Positions 28,978-38,877 of a stretch of DNA of 64,000 bases are shown here, piece after piece. Under the pieces are notes generated by a model. That model did not search any database and had not been told where the DNA came from. It saw nothing but the letters and a program-made list of their open reading frames with translations. Each line of letters begins with the position of its first letter. Position 1 is the stretch's first letter. The position numbers and the translations under genes were made by a program. The stretch is taken from assembly GCA_965223905.1 (NCBI GenBank), contig CBDCXV010000011.1:544001-608000 (forward strand), read 5' to 3'. This DNA is from Candidatus Latescibacterota bacterium (GTDB lineage: Bacteria > Latescibacterota > UBA2968 > UBA8231).

Positions 28978-30195
28978 TCATGGAACCCGGAAAAAGCGCA
29001 TGCCCAAGCCTTCGCCGCGAAGCCCCGGGGAGACGTTGTGGCGATTCGCCGACCGCAAAAACCAGGCGGAATCGTCGAAGCGGCCGCCCCGGATGACGCG
29101 GGATGTGCCGGTTTCAGGCCCCTGAGGGTCCACCCGGGGCGAACTTCCATAATAGCCCCCGTCATACCAATCCTGCACCCACTCCCAGACGTTCCCGTGC
29201 ATATCGTGCAACCCCCAGGGATTCGCACCCTTCAGACCCACCGCATGAGCATACTCCTCACCTACCTCCAACGTATTGGCATGATACCACGCATAATCGA
29301 CAAGCTGACTCTCGTCATCCCCGAACGACCACCGCGACCTAGTACCCGCCCGACAGGCATACTCCCACTCCGCTTCACTCGGCAGACGATACTGTGCCTC
29401 ACCCGCGGCACTATTTAACATCTCTATTAACGTCTGCACGTCCTCCCAGGAAACATACACCGCGGGATGAAACGGGTCCTCAACCACGTTGTTTCTTCCA
29501 GTCCACGGCCGCGACCCCATCATCGCCTCCCACTGTCCCTGCGTCACCTCGTACTTGCCCAACCAGAAGCCCGTGCTGATTTCCACCTCATGCACCGGAC
29601 CTTCATGATTTGACCGACTTCCCTCCGAAGACGGAGAGCCCATGGAGAACGTCCCCCGTTCGATCCGGACAAACTCCATCGCCGCCCCACCGGGCAGAAA
29701 AAAAATCTCCGCATCGTCCGGCAGGTCGGCCCCTTGTTCTTCCAAAAGGCGCACTAATTCCCCATCACCCGCCATGGCGGCTATCCTCAAGGCCAGCCTT
29801 AAAGCCCAGGTGCGAGGAGTGTCCCCGGAGCCGATGATCTCGGGGAAGTACCTGTCTGAGAGGTCTGAAACGGAAAAACCAACCTCGATCCCCTCATCCT
29901 GCAGCTCGGTAACGACCTCCAACATCCTGACCTTCCACAACGCTTTCTCACCTTCCCACACACAAGAAACAAAGCAGGCCCCGTAGTCGTCCGATTCGCC
30001 GGTTGCAACCGCAAGAATGCAGCCGTCTTCACACCCTTCACGAACAGCGGCCACGTCCGCAGCGAAAAGCGCAGCCTGGGTATCGGGTTCCGCGACGGGG
30101 TCCGGCCCGGATTCCGGGACAGGCCCCGTACCCTTGTCCTCCTCCCCGCAGGCCAGCACCAGCATGAGCAGCGCAAGCACAACTCTACTGATCAT
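28978..30195 (-). CDS. Formylglycine-generating enzyme (FGE/SUMF1) domain lipoprotein with ankyrin-like motif
   Basis: LVLAC lipobox; FSMGS..EGPVHEV; KYEVTQGQW; YRLPSEAEWEYACRAG; NPWGLHDMHGNVWEW; RVIRGG. Confidence 0.92.
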   Translation of the reverse strand: MISRVVLALLMLVLACGEEDKGTGPVPESGPDPVAEPDTQAALFAADVAAVREGCEDGCILAVATGESDDYGACFVSCVWEGEKALWKVRMLEVVTELQDEGIEVGFSVSDLSDRYFPEIIGSGDTPRTWALRLALRIAAMAGDGELVRLLEEQGADLPDDAEIFFLPGGAAMEFVRIERGTFSMGSPSSEGSRSNHEGPVHEVEISTGFWLGKYEVTQGQWEAMMGSRPWTGRNNVVEDPFHPAVYVSWEDVQTLIEMLNSAAGEAQYRLPSEAEWEYACRAGTRSRWSFGDDESQLVDYAWYHANTLEVGEEYAHAVGLKGANPWGLHDMHGNVWEWVQDWYDGGYYGSSPRVDPQGPETGTSRVIRGGRFDDSAWFLRSANRHNVSPGLRGEGLGMRFFRVP

Positions 30196-30459
30196 TCAAA
30201 CTGCCTTCCTTGGAAGATCGTGGCCCTCGACGGTGTGTCCCATCAAGAGACAGGGCCGGATCGCCAATCCAATAAGCGTCAGCACCACACCGGGCTGCAA
30301 CATCGATCCCGTCCCCTCGACAGGATCTGATCCGTCGGACACCCCCTTGCGGGTCGACCCCTTGGAGGCGCATCGACATGAGCCCCCGTGTACAGGAATA
30401 CAGGGCGCTTCTGGGGTTATCGTTTCGTAAACCCATCCAATGCCACCAATAGAACTCCG

Positions 30460-30737
30460 CGGGTTCGTCGCTTCCCACTCCCGAGCGCGGCGTTGTGCAT
30501 GGGCAAGGTTCTCCCGCGTCCGCCGTCCCTGGTCAACTGCGAATCGGTCTTAACCATGACCGGTCGTCTTGCGCCACCACCGAACCGCCTCGCTGGGTGG
30601 CGGGCACCGCCGCGACTTTCGGAACACGTGAGACCGAGGTTGTTCTGGGTGGGAGCGTGCCCCTGCCCGGCGGTTTGTCGCCACTCCCTGACCGCTTCGG
30701 CGTCATCCTGCGGCACACCGCGGCCCCTGATTAACAT
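30460..30737 (-). pseudogene. Collapsed Sel1-repeat paralog
   Basis: GRGVPQDDAEAVREWRQTAGQGHAPTQNNLG and C-terminal LAHAQRRAREWEATNP, matching the tail of the 31680-32816 gene. Confidence 0.8.
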
Positions 30738-30758
30738 GAGCCCTTAATGGCTTGTTGA

Positions 30759-31583
30759 CTACATCCCTTCCACGTTGTGACGGGCAAGCTCGGTGCAGTA
30801 CCTGCCGATCCCATCGAGATCAGGGAACAGACTGAAACCGTTTATGTTCATCAACCGCAATTGATGCATAAACTCCCTTTTGAGGTCAGAACTTATCCCG
30901 TCGGGGATCACGAGCTTGGTGAGAACCCCAGGGTGGTTTCGTAACCCATCTGCGTGGTCTATATGGGGAAGATTGCTGTAGGAAAACAACCCTTGTTGTC
31001 TTTCCATGCGGTCCGTGAGGAGGTTCGTATCCGCGAAGGCAACCAAGTGCGGTAGATCTTCGCCGTACAACATCCCCTCCATTGTATTCCGGTCTTCAAT
31101 GCTTGCTTTTGATCCCAGATAATTGACGAATTCCCGGTACTCGGGTGTATTACACATGTAGCGGTGAAATTTGGTTCGATTCAAACACCACACAGCGCCT
31201 GATTTACATCCGGATTCACAGGCAAAGTAAGCGGCTACAAAGGGAGATTTTGTCCAGTCCAGTATTCGCGTGGGGGCCCCGTGGTGGCGCATTTGTGCCC
31301 ACCACTGGAGGATGTTGTAATGCCGAATGAGTTCTCCAAAGATATTCGGGCTAAGTAACGTGGTGGATCTCCCCTTAAAAACAGCATGCATCCTAATCTC
31401 GTTTTCCATTGCATTGGAAAAGCAGTCCCATATTCTTGCGAGACTGGGCTGCAGGCTCCATGAGGAGTCCTTCTGTCCTCTGTACACGAACTCCTCGGGA
31501 AGGGAATCCAGTTGAGAGACTTTAGACAGAAACCCTTCCCACCTTTCGATTTCGACCTCCTCCACATTGACCTCTTGATCCAT
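30759..31583 (-). CDS. FRG domain protein
   Basis: VYRGQ..W.LQPSL; RHHGAPTRILDWTKSPFVAAYFA; RMERQQGLF; LFPDLDG; AT-richer. Confidence 0.9.
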   Translation of the reverse strand: MDQEVNVEEVEIERWEGFLSKVSQLDSLPEEFVYRGQKDSSWSLQPSLARIWDCFSNAMENEIRMHAVFKGRSTTLLSPNIFGELIRHYNILQWWAQMRHHGAPTRILDWTKSPFVAAYFACESGCKSGAVWCLNRTKFHRYMCNTPEYREFVNYLGSKASIEDRNTMEGMLYGEDLPHLVAFADTNLLTDRMERQQGLFSYSNLPHIDHADGLRNHPGVLTKLVIPDGISSDLKREFMHQLRLMNINGFSLFPDLDGIGRYCTELARHNVEGM

Positions 31584-31679
31584 CTGATCTCTCCTGAAGT
31601 CTGGAATAACATTCTTGAGAAGGTTAAACGAATTTCCACCAGTGATGGGAGTACATGTTGGGGCGCGGCACTTTGGATG

Positions 31680-32816
31680 CTACTGCGACATCGGGTGGTC
31701 CGTTTCCCATTCACGCGCGCGGCGGTGTGCCTCGACGAGCGCCTCCGTGGTAATCTTTTCCGCGACTGCGTCACGGGCCTTTTTCGACCGCTCGCGATCC
31801 TCTCCAGTTGCACGGGCAGTAGCCAAGTTGAACCACATGTGTGAAGTGACGTAATCCTGCGGCACACCTCGACTCTGGTCGTACATGACTCCAAGGTTGA
31901 ATTGGCCTTCGGCGTGACCCTGATCGGCTGCTTGTTGGAACCACCGAACCGCTTCCGCATAATCCTTTTGCACCCCCTGACCATTGGCATACCTGATTCC
32001 CAGGTTGAACTGTGCTATGGCGTTTCCCTGCTCGGCTGCCATACGGAACCACCTTACTGCCTCGGCATCGTCCCGAGGAACCCCGCGAGCCTCCGCGTAC
32101 CTTAACCCAAGATGGACCTGTGCTATGGCATCCAAACCCTGCTCCGCCACGAGGCGGTACCACCGATCCGCTTCCGCATAATCCTGATCCTCGTCTCGGA
32201 GGTGACGGCCGAAAAAGATATTGACACTGGTCCGCGCTTCAGTCTTGTCCTGATCGGCTGCCATTCGATACCACCGAACCGCTTCGTCATCATCCTGTGG
32301 CAGCCCGCGACCCAAGAAATACATCAACCCAAGGTTGGCCTGTGCTAAAGTGTTGCCCTGTTCAGCTGCCAAGCGGTACCACCGAACCGCTTCGACATCG
32401 TCCTGTGGAACGCCAAGACCTTCGTCGTAACTTAATCCGAGACTGACCTGCGCTGAAGGGTTCCCCTGTTCGGCTGCTTGGAGCCACAACCGAACCGCTT
32501 CCGCATCGTCCTTAGGCACGCCGCGACCATTTTTGTACATGAACCCGAGTCTGGCCTGCCCTTCGGCGTAGCCCCTATCTGCTGCCAAGCGGTACCAACG
32601 AACCGCTTCCACATCGTCCTGTGGCAAGCCGCGGCCCTCGGCGTACATGAACCCGAGACCGACCTGCGCTGAGGCATCCCCAGCCGTCGCTCGGGCACGC
32701 AGAAGAGCTTGGCTCGCTTGGTCGCAAGCCTGTCCGCTGAAAACCGCGAGACAAGCGGCAACTGCAAATACTGCAGGCCCTGAGTGGTGTCCTATTTTCA
32801 AAATCCGACACTCCAT
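31680..32816 (-). CDS. Sel1-repeat (SLR) protein, probably exported
   Basis: Multiple AQxxLGxMYxxGxGVPQDxxEAVRWYRxAAEQG repeats. Confidence 0.95.
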   Translation of the reverse strand: MECRILKIGHHSGPAVFAVAACLAVFSGQACDQASQALLRARATAGDASAQVGLGFMYAEGRGLPQDDVEAVRWYRLAADRGYAEGQARLGFMYKNGRGVPKDDAEAVRLWLQAAEQGNPSAQVSLGLSYDEGLGVPQDDVEAVRWYRLAAEQGNTLAQANLGLMYFLGRGLPQDDDEAVRWYRMAADQDKTEARTSVNIFFGRHLRDEDQDYAEADRWYRLVAEQGLDAIAQVHLGLRYAEARGVPRDDAEAVRWFRMAAEQGNAIAQFNLGIRYANGQGVQKDYAEAVRWFQQAADQGHAEGQFNLGVMYDQSRGVPQDYVTSHMWFNLATARATGEDRERSKKARDAVAEKITTEALVEAHRRAREWETDHPMSQ

Positions 32817-32886
32817 TTTTTTCCTGAGGCACTCGAAGGCGACCGCGTCGTAGGTATCCAAAGACAGATGCATCGCAAGTTTCGCA

Positions 32887-33234
32887 TCAACGATCCTCGA
32901 CCTCTCGGGATACGCTTTTTTCGAGCGCCTGCAGAATCCAACTGTTCATGCTCAATCCGCTCTCGGCCGCAAACTGTGCCACGCGCTGGTGCAGATCCGG
33001 ACCGAGCCGAAGGTTGAGCTTGCCTGAGAATGGCTTTCGGGGCTCGGTTCCATCTTCCTCGCAGGAAGCGAGGTACTCCTCAATGGACCGGTGAAACTCG
33101 CGTCGAATCCCCTCGACGTCGGTGGCTTCAAAGGTGGCAATCGGGTAGGGGCCGCTGTTGACGACCCGCCCGTGAAGTCGGCCCACGGAATCGTCGAATT
33201 CTATCTTGGCGGTGTATCCCTTGTATTCCATCAT
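32887..33234 (-). CDS. hicB: HicB family antitoxin
   Basis: MEYKGYTAKIEFD..FHRSIEEYL..PRKPFSGKLNLRL..LH..SMNSW. Confidence 0.92.
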   Translation of the reverse strand: MMEYKGYTAKIEFDDSVGRLHGRVVNSGPYPIATFEATDVEGIRREFHRSIEEYLASCEEDGTEPRKPFSGKLNLRLGPDLHQRVAQFAAESGLSMNSWILQALEKSVSREVEDR

Positions 33235-33385
33235 GGCTTGACTCCCGTGGCTTCGAGGAAGGCGGCTATGTCGCGTACCGTCGCCCTGCCTGTCTCCGGC
33301 TCGGGGTGGGGGCGGTGAACCACCATCCGTTCTTTTCCCTTCTTCAGAAGCACGCGCGACCCCGAACGCGGAGAAACTTCCGATG
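33231..33385 (-). pseudogene. hicA: HicA toxin, C-terminal half only
   Basis: SGSRV..VVHRPHP..VRDIAAFLEATGVKP; N-terminal part replaced by the end of the ABC ATPase gene. Confidence 0.8.
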
Positions 33386-33393
33386 CCCGGGAC

Positions 33394-34446
33394 TCACCGC
33401 GGCCACCAGATGACACGGTCCATGCGCGGCCGCGGGTAGATGATTTCCCCCGGTGCCGGACGGTCCGCGGCGCGTTCGAGGGCGAGGTGGATCGGCTCTC
33501 CACCCCATTCGGCCAGCACCGACACCCGCGGTCCCGCCTCCTCGACGACGAGCACCCGCGCCGGCTGTTTCCCGCCTGCCGGGTCGAGATCCTCAGGCCT
33601 GATCCCCATGACCGCCTCGGTCGAGGCAGGAGGGGACTCCGGATGGACCCGGCCGATCTCGAGCCCCGGGGAATCCCCGGCTTCGGGACGACGCACCTTG
33701 CCCTCGGCGACGGTTACCGGAAAGATGTTGGTCGCCGCCAGCCCCAGCTGCCGGGCCACGGCCGGTGAGGCGGGACGCACGTACACCTCCCGGGGAGTGC
33801 CCTGCTGCCGCACCTTCCCCTCCGCGAGGACGAAGAGCCTGTCACCTATCGCCAGCGCCTCGCTCCAGTCGTGGGTGACGTACACCATCGGCAGGCCGAT
33901 CTCACGCCTCAGGAGCACGAGCTCGACGCGCAGCTCCTCCCGCAGTTTGGCGTCGAGATTGGTCAGCGGCTCGTCCATCAGGAACAGCCGCGGGCGGCGC
34001 ACGATCGCCCGCCCGATCGCCACTCGCTGCATCTCCCCGCCGGACAGCTGTTCGGAATCGCGGTCGAGCAGGTGCCCGATCCGCAGCATCCCCGCAGCCC
34101 ACTGCACGCGCTCGCCGATCTCGCTCGGCGTCTCCCGCCGGCCCGGGGCGCGCAGGGGAAACTCGAGGTTTCGCCGCACCGTCCAGCCGGGGTAGAGGGC
34201 GAAATTCTGGAACACCAGGGCGACGTTCCGCGCCGCCGGAGACCAGCCGCCGATCTCCTCCCCGTTCAGAAGAATCGAGCCGCTGTCCGGGGTCTCCAGC
34301 CCGGCGATGGTGCGCAGCAGGGTGGTCTTGCCCGCTCCCGTGGGCCCGAGCACCACCCCGGTCTCGCCGGCGCCGATCGCCAGGTCGACGCCGCGCAGGG
34401 CGGCGACGTCGCCGAAACGCTTGTGGAGGTTTGCGATCTGCAGCAT
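33394..34446 (-). CDS. Sugar ABC transporter ATP-binding protein (MalK-like)
   Basis: GPTGAGKTT; LSGGEMQRVA; LMDEP. Confidence 0.93.
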   Translation of the reverse strand: MLQIANLHKRFGDVAALRGVDLAIGAGETGVVLGPTGAGKTTLLRTIAGLETPDSGSILLNGEEIGGWSPAARNVALVFQNFALYPGWTVRRNLEFPLRAPGRRETPSEIGERVQWAAGMLRIGHLLDRDSEQLSGGEMQRVAIGRAIVRRPRLFLMDEPLTNLDAKLREELRVELVLLRREIGLPMVYVTHDWSEALAIGDRLFVLAEGKVRQQGTPREVYVRPASPAVARQLGLAATNIFPVTVAEGKVRRPEAGDSPGLEIGRVHPESPPASTEAVMGIRPEDLDPAGGKQPARVLVVEEAGPRVSVLAEWGGEPIHLALERAADRPAPGEIIYPRPRMDRVIWWPR

Positions 34447-34454
34447 TGCCACGG

Positions 34455-35531
34455 TCAGATCCTGCGGCCCGTGTCGCGATCGAAGAAGCGGAGGTGCTCC
34501 TGGTCCAGGGCGACGCCGAGGGGCTCGCCGGGACGGTATTCCGGCCTCTCTGCGGATTCACCCCCCAGGCGCATGACGAGCCGGCCGAGCGGGGTGTCGA
34601 GGTGGAGGTTGCGATGGCTGCCGAGCAGCTCGTCGACGACCACGGTGGCCGCAAGCGGGCCGGACGGGTCGGGGCGCAGGAACTCGGGACGGATCCCCAG
34701 GGTGACGGGCCCGGGCCTGCCCCCTTCCACCGGAAGGCGGCCGGTGCCCTGGGGATCGCAGCGGCTGGTGAACACGGCGGGTTCCCCGCCTATCTCCCCT
34801 TCCGAGAAGTTCATCCCCGGGCTGCCGATGAAGCGGGCGACGAACAGGTTCTCCGGGGCGTCGTACACCTCCGCGGGCGATCCGGCCTGGCAGACCTGGC
34901 CGCGGTCCATCACCACCACGCGATCGGCGAGGCTCATCGCCTCCTCCTGGTCGTGGGTCACGTACACCGTGGTGATCCCGGACTCGCGCTGCCGCTCCCG
35001 GATCAGCTCGCGCATTTCCGCTCTCATGCCGGCGTCGAGGGTGCCCAGGGGCTCGTCCATCAGCCAGAGCCGCGGCCGCCGCACCAGGGCCCTGGCGAGG
35101 GCGACGCGCTGCTGATCGCCGCCGCCGAGCTGGCCGGGACGGCGCCCGGCGAGGTGGGACAGCCGCACCTGCTCGAGCAGGGCGCCGACCCGTTCCCGGC
35201 GCTGCCTCCGATCGAGGCCGTCGCACTCGAGGGGAAAGCCGACGTTCTCGGCGACGGTCAGGTGCGGGTACAGGGCGTAGAACTGGAAGACGAAGCCGAC
35301 GTCGCGCCGGGCTGGCGGGAGGCCCTCCACCTGTTCCCCGGCGATCCGTATCTGCCCGCGAGTCGGGGCTTCCAGGCCGGCGAGCATGCGCAGGGTCGTG
35401 GTCTTGCCGCAGCCCGAAGGTCCCAGGAGGACGACGAACTCCCCTTCGTCGCAGGCGAGGTCGATGCCGGCCACCGCCTCGACGCCGCCCGGGAAGGTCC
35501 TGGTCAACCCCTCGATCTCGAGGAAGCTCAT
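34455..35531 (-). CDS. Sugar ABC transporter ATP-binding protein (MalK-like)
   Basis: GPSGCGKTT; LGGGDQQRVA; LMDEP; YVTHDQEEA. Confidence 0.93.
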   Translation of the reverse strand: MSFLEIEGLTRTFPGGVEAVAGIDLACDEGEFVVLLGPSGCGKTTTLRMLAGLEAPTRGQIRIAGEQVEGLPPARRDVGFVFQFYALYPHLTVAENVGFPLECDGLDRRQRRERVGALLEQVRLSHLAGRRPGQLGGGDQQRVALARALVRRPRLWLMDEPLGTLDAGMRAEMRELIRERQRESGITTVYVTHDQEEAMSLADRVVVMDRGQVCQAGSPAEVYDAPENLFVARFIGSPGMNFSEGEIGGEPAVFTSRCDPQGTGRLPVEGGRPGPVTLGIRPEFLRPDPSGPLAATVVVDELLGSHRNLHLDTPLGRLVMRLGGESAERPEYRPGEPLGVALDQEHLRFFDRDTGRRI

Positions 35532-35731
35532 CCCTCCCTCCCGGACAGGGGCGGGCTCTCCCGGCCGCGATCCGCCCCGGTCTGCATGCGGCTGGTCGCG
35601 ATGTGGAGAAGGGTGAAGGCCGCGGTGACGAAGAAACCCCAGCGAAAGCCAGCGGCCCACCAGGGCTGCAGCATCATCGAGATTCCCGCGGCGAGGCCTG
35701 CCCGCGCCAGGAGGTCGAGACCGCGGATCAT
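35528..35731 (-). CDS. Small membrane protein within the ABC operon
   Basis: 67 aa, two hydrophobic segments, ATGA overlaps on both sides. Confidence 0.75.
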   Translation of the reverse strand: MIRGLDLLARAGLAAGISMMLQPWWAAGFRWGFFVTAAFTLLHIATSRMQTGADRGRESPPLSGREG

Positions 35732-36585
35732 CGCTTTATCGTCCCCAGGGTCACCCCCCTGAGCAGGTGCCGGCGCACCAGCACGGTGAAGAGGACGATC
35801 GGCAGCACGAACAGCAGCACCCCGGCGCCGATCTGCGACCAGGGGAGGCCCTGGACGTTCCCCTGCAGCCCGGCGAAGTAGACCGGCACGGTCACCGCCT
35901 CCTGGTTGTTGAGGGTCATCGCGAACCCGTACTCGTTCCAGGCCGAGATCATGCAGAACACCGCGGTCACCGCCATCCCGGGCAGCACCCGCGGCACGAC
36001 GATGAGCCGGAAGGCGTGCAGCCGCGAGTACCCGTCGACGAGGGCGGCCTCCTCGAAGGCGGCCGGCACCTCGTCGATGAACCCCTTCATCAGCCAGACC
36101 GCCAGCGACAGGTTGAAGGCGGTGTAGAGGAGGATCAGCCCGGCGTGGGTGTTCTGCAGGTCGAACTGCCGGTACATCATCAGCACCGGGATCACCACGG
36201 CGAGCGGCGGCAGGAAGCGGGTCGAGAGGATGAAGAACAGCCAGTCCCGGGAGCCGGCGATGCGGAAGCGGCTGAATCCGTAGGCGCAGGTCGTGCCCAG
36301 GGCGACCGCCGCGGCCGTGCTCACGAGGCCTATGAGGACGGTGTTGAGCAGGTAGTGGAAGTAGTCGTGCCGGGCCCCGGCGTAGCGCTCGCCGAGGCGG
36401 CGGTAGCCGTCGAGGGTGGGCCTGAACCGGACCCCGTGGGCGGGTTCCTCCGCGGCAGGGAGGAACTTGGCCGTCGTGCTGATGCTGTCCGCCTTGGTCT
36501 TGAACGAGGTCAGCCCGAGCCAGGCGAGCGGCATCAGGGAGATCGCCCCGTAGACCGCGATGAAGAGAATCCGCAGGGGGGTCAC
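35728..36585 (-). CDS. Carbohydrate ABC permease (MalG-like)
   Basis: EEAALVDGYSRL EAA loop; AWNEY. Confidence 0.92.
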   Translation of the reverse strand: MTPLRILFIAVYGAISLMPLAWLGLTSFKTKADSISTTAKFLPAAEEPAHGVRFRPTLDGYRRLGERYAGARHDYFHYLLNTVLIGLVSTAAAVALGTTCAYGFSRFRIAGSRDWLFFILSTRFLPPLAVVIPVLMMYRQFDLQNTHAGLILLYTAFNLSLAVWLMKGFIDEVPAAFEEAALVDGYSRLHAFRLIVVPRVLPGMAVTAVFCMISAWNEYGFAMTLNNQEAVTVPVYFAGLQGNVQGLPWSQIGAGVLLFVLPIVLFTVLVRRHLLRGVTLGTIKR

Positions 36586-37520
36586 GCCGCCTCCCCGGTG
36601 CCGCGCTGCGGGTTGCGGCCTTGCAGGCCGTGCAGGTAGCGGATGAAAACCGTGCCCAGGGCGATGACGACCACCAGGACGACGTAGGAGTACGCGGAGC
36701 TGAGGCCGACCTTGCCGTCGCGGAACATCACCTGGTAGAGCAGCGCGCTCAGGGTCTGCGTGGCGCCGTCGTTGGGGCCGGTGATCGCCATCACGAGGTC
36801 GAACTGCTTGATCGCGTCGGTGGCCCGCAGCAGCACCGCGAGGCCGACCAGCGGCGCCGACATCGGCAGAACGATGCGGCGGAACAGCCTCCAGGGGGAG
36901 GCGCGGTCGATGGCCGCGGCCTCGTAGATGGCCGCGGGAATCGAGTTGAGGGCGGCCAGCGAGATCAGGAGCATGAAGGGAGTCCACATCCAGATGTCGA
37001 TCATCAGCACCGAGAGCAGCTTGAGGCCGGGGTCGGTCGTCCACTGCGGCTGCGGCAGCCCCAGCGCCCCCAGCGCCTGGTTGAGGACGCCGTAGCTGCC
37101 GTTGAGGATCAGCTTCCAGAACAGCCCGATCACCGCCGCCGGCAGCATCATCGGTAACAGCAGCAGGGTCAGCACCGCGGGCTTGCCGCGAAAGTCGGCG
37201 CGCAGCGCCAAGGCAAGCCCGTACCCGAGCAGCAGCTCGACAGAAACCGCGGCGGCGACGAACAGGGCGGTGGTGCGGAAGGCCGCGGCGTACCTGGGGT
37301 CGAGGAAGACGAAGCCGTAGTTGAGGGTGCCGATCATCCGGTAGTCGCCACCGGTCAGCTCGGCGTTCGAGAAGCTGAGAACGATGCTGTACAGGAGAGG
37401 GAATACGTTGACGCCGATGAGCACGGCGAGGGCGGGGGCGACGAATCCGTACGCCAGCAACCTGCCCTCCCCGCGTTGAGCGGTGCCCCGGAGACCCCCG
37501 GCTGCGGACGCTTCCGTCAC
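36582..37520 (-). CDS. Carbohydrate ABC permease (MalF-like)
   Basis: DIWMWTPF; YEAAAIDRAS; TGPNDGATQTL. Confidence 0.92.
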   Translation of the reverse strand: MTEASAAGGLRGTAQRGEGRLLAYGFVAPALAVLIGVNVFPLLYSIVLSFSNAELTGGDYRMIGTLNYGFVFLDPRYAAAFRTTALFVAAAVSVELLLGYGLALALRADFRGKPAVLTLLLLPMMLPAAVIGLFWKLILNGSYGVLNQALGALGLPQPQWTTDPGLKLLSVLMIDIWMWTPFMLLISLAALNSIPAAIYEAAAIDRASPWRLFRRIVLPMSAPLVGLAVLLRATDAIKQFDLVMAITGPNDGATQTLSALLYQVMFRDGKVGLSSAYSYVVLVVVIALGTVFIRYLHGLQGRNPQRGTGEAA

Positions 37521-37538
37521 TCTTCGGCGGGGAGTCCG

Positions 37539-38849
37539 CTATTCGAGCAGGCCGGCCTGGCGCATGATCAGCTCGTGCTCCCCGGCGAGCTGATCGAGGG
37601 CGGCCTGCGGCTCCTTCGCCCCGTCGAGCGCCTCTCCGAGATTGCGCTGCGCCGCGGCGAGCAGCTCGTTGTAGACCGGCACGTTCCAGAAGTCGATCAG
37701 GTAGTCGAGCGACTGCGCGAACACGGCGTTGAACGGGTAGGCCCTGGCGAACGCCTCGCTGGCGAGCAGCTCGGTGTTGGCGGTGAAGCAACCCGGATAG
37801 GTGATCCACCGTTCCTGCACCTCGGTGCGCTCGAACCAGGCGATGAACTGTTTGGCGAGCTCCTGCTGCTGCGCGGAAACCTTGGTCGAGATGCTGAACC
37901 CCTGTCCCCCGAGGCTGATGACGCGGCTGTCGCCGTTGCGCGGCACCAGGAAGAACCCCGCCTTGTCCCCCATGGCGTCGACGATCCCGGGGTAGAACGG
38001 GAAGTAGTCGAGGACCATCGCCGTAGAGCCGTTCATGAAGGCGTCGAGGACCTGCATGTAGTCGGCGCTCACCCCTCCCGGGGGGGCGAACTGCAGCAGG
38101 TCGATGAGGAACTGCAGCCCGGCGACCGCCTCGGGACTGTTGACGTGGCCGGCCACCTCGAAGGTCTCCCTGTTCCCCCAGGAGCCGCCCCAGGCCCCGA
38201 GGAAGGGCTGGAACCCCATCACCAGGGAGTCGTAGCCGCGGCCGGTCAGCAGGGCGCAGCCGTAGCGTTTCTCCCCAGGGCGGTGGAAGAACTCGGCGAC
38301 CTCGCGGAACTCCTGCCAGGTGTCGGGGGGCTGCAGGGTGCGGCCGTACTTCGCCGCGAACGCCGCCTGCTCGGCCGGGTCCTCGAACCAGTCCCGGCGG
38401 TACACGAAGCCGAGCGCGTCGGTCTCGCAGGGGGCGGCGAAGTACCTGCCGCTGCCGGAGGGGTACTCCATCAGGAAACGGCGCGCCAAGGGGTGGATGG
38501 CCTCGATGTCGACGTGTTGCGGCAGCCAGTCGGTCAGCTCGAGGTAGAGGCCGCGGGTGGCGCCGCGGCCGATCCACTGGCTGTCGCCGACGACGATGTC
38601 GAAGTCGGTCTGCCTGTTGCCGAAGTTGAGGAACACCTGGTCCTGGTACGAAGCCCAGGGAATCTGGTGCACCTCGACGGCGATCCCGGTCTCGGCGGCG
38701 AACTCGTCCCCCAGCTTCTGCAGTCCTACCGCGGGATCCCACTGGGCCCACCAGATGGTGATCGATTTTTCGGCCTCGGCGCCAGCGGGAGGACACCAGA
38801 GCAATGCGGAGAATACGAGGATGGTCAGGGTTCTGGATGTCGCAAGCAT
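37539..38849 (-). CDS. Sugar ABC substrate-binding protein
   Basis: Signal peptide; YRRDWF; PPDTWQEF; family 1 SBP pattern. Confidence 0.9.
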   Translation of the reverse strand: MLATSRTLTILVFSALLWCPPAGAEAEKSITIWWAQWDPAVGLQKLGDEFAAETGIAVEVHQIPWASYQDQVFLNFGNRQTDFDIVVGDSQWIGRGATRGLYLELTDWLPQHVDIEAIHPLARRFLMEYPSGSGRYFAAPCETDALGFVYRRDWFEDPAEQAAFAAKYGRTLQPPDTWQEFREVAEFFHRPGEKRYGCALLTGRGYDSLVMGFQPFLGAWGGSWGNRETFEVAGHVNSPEAVAGLQFLIDLLQFAPPGGVSADYMQVLDAFMNGSTAMVLDYFPFYPGIVDAMGDKAGFFLVPRNGDSRVISLGGQGFSISTKVSAQQQELAKQFIAWFERTEVQERWITYPGCFTANTELLASEAFARAYPFNAVFAQSLDYLIDFWNVPVYNELLAAAQRNLGEALDGAKEPQAALDQLAGEHELIMRQAGLLE

Positions 38850-38877
38850 TTCGAGCCTCGGTCGGGTTGGCGGTTTC

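Noticed and set aside
30340-30365. Possible template repeat for the FGE tail (VDPQG match)
   Set aside because: Similarity is limited to about 20 nt and does not extend.
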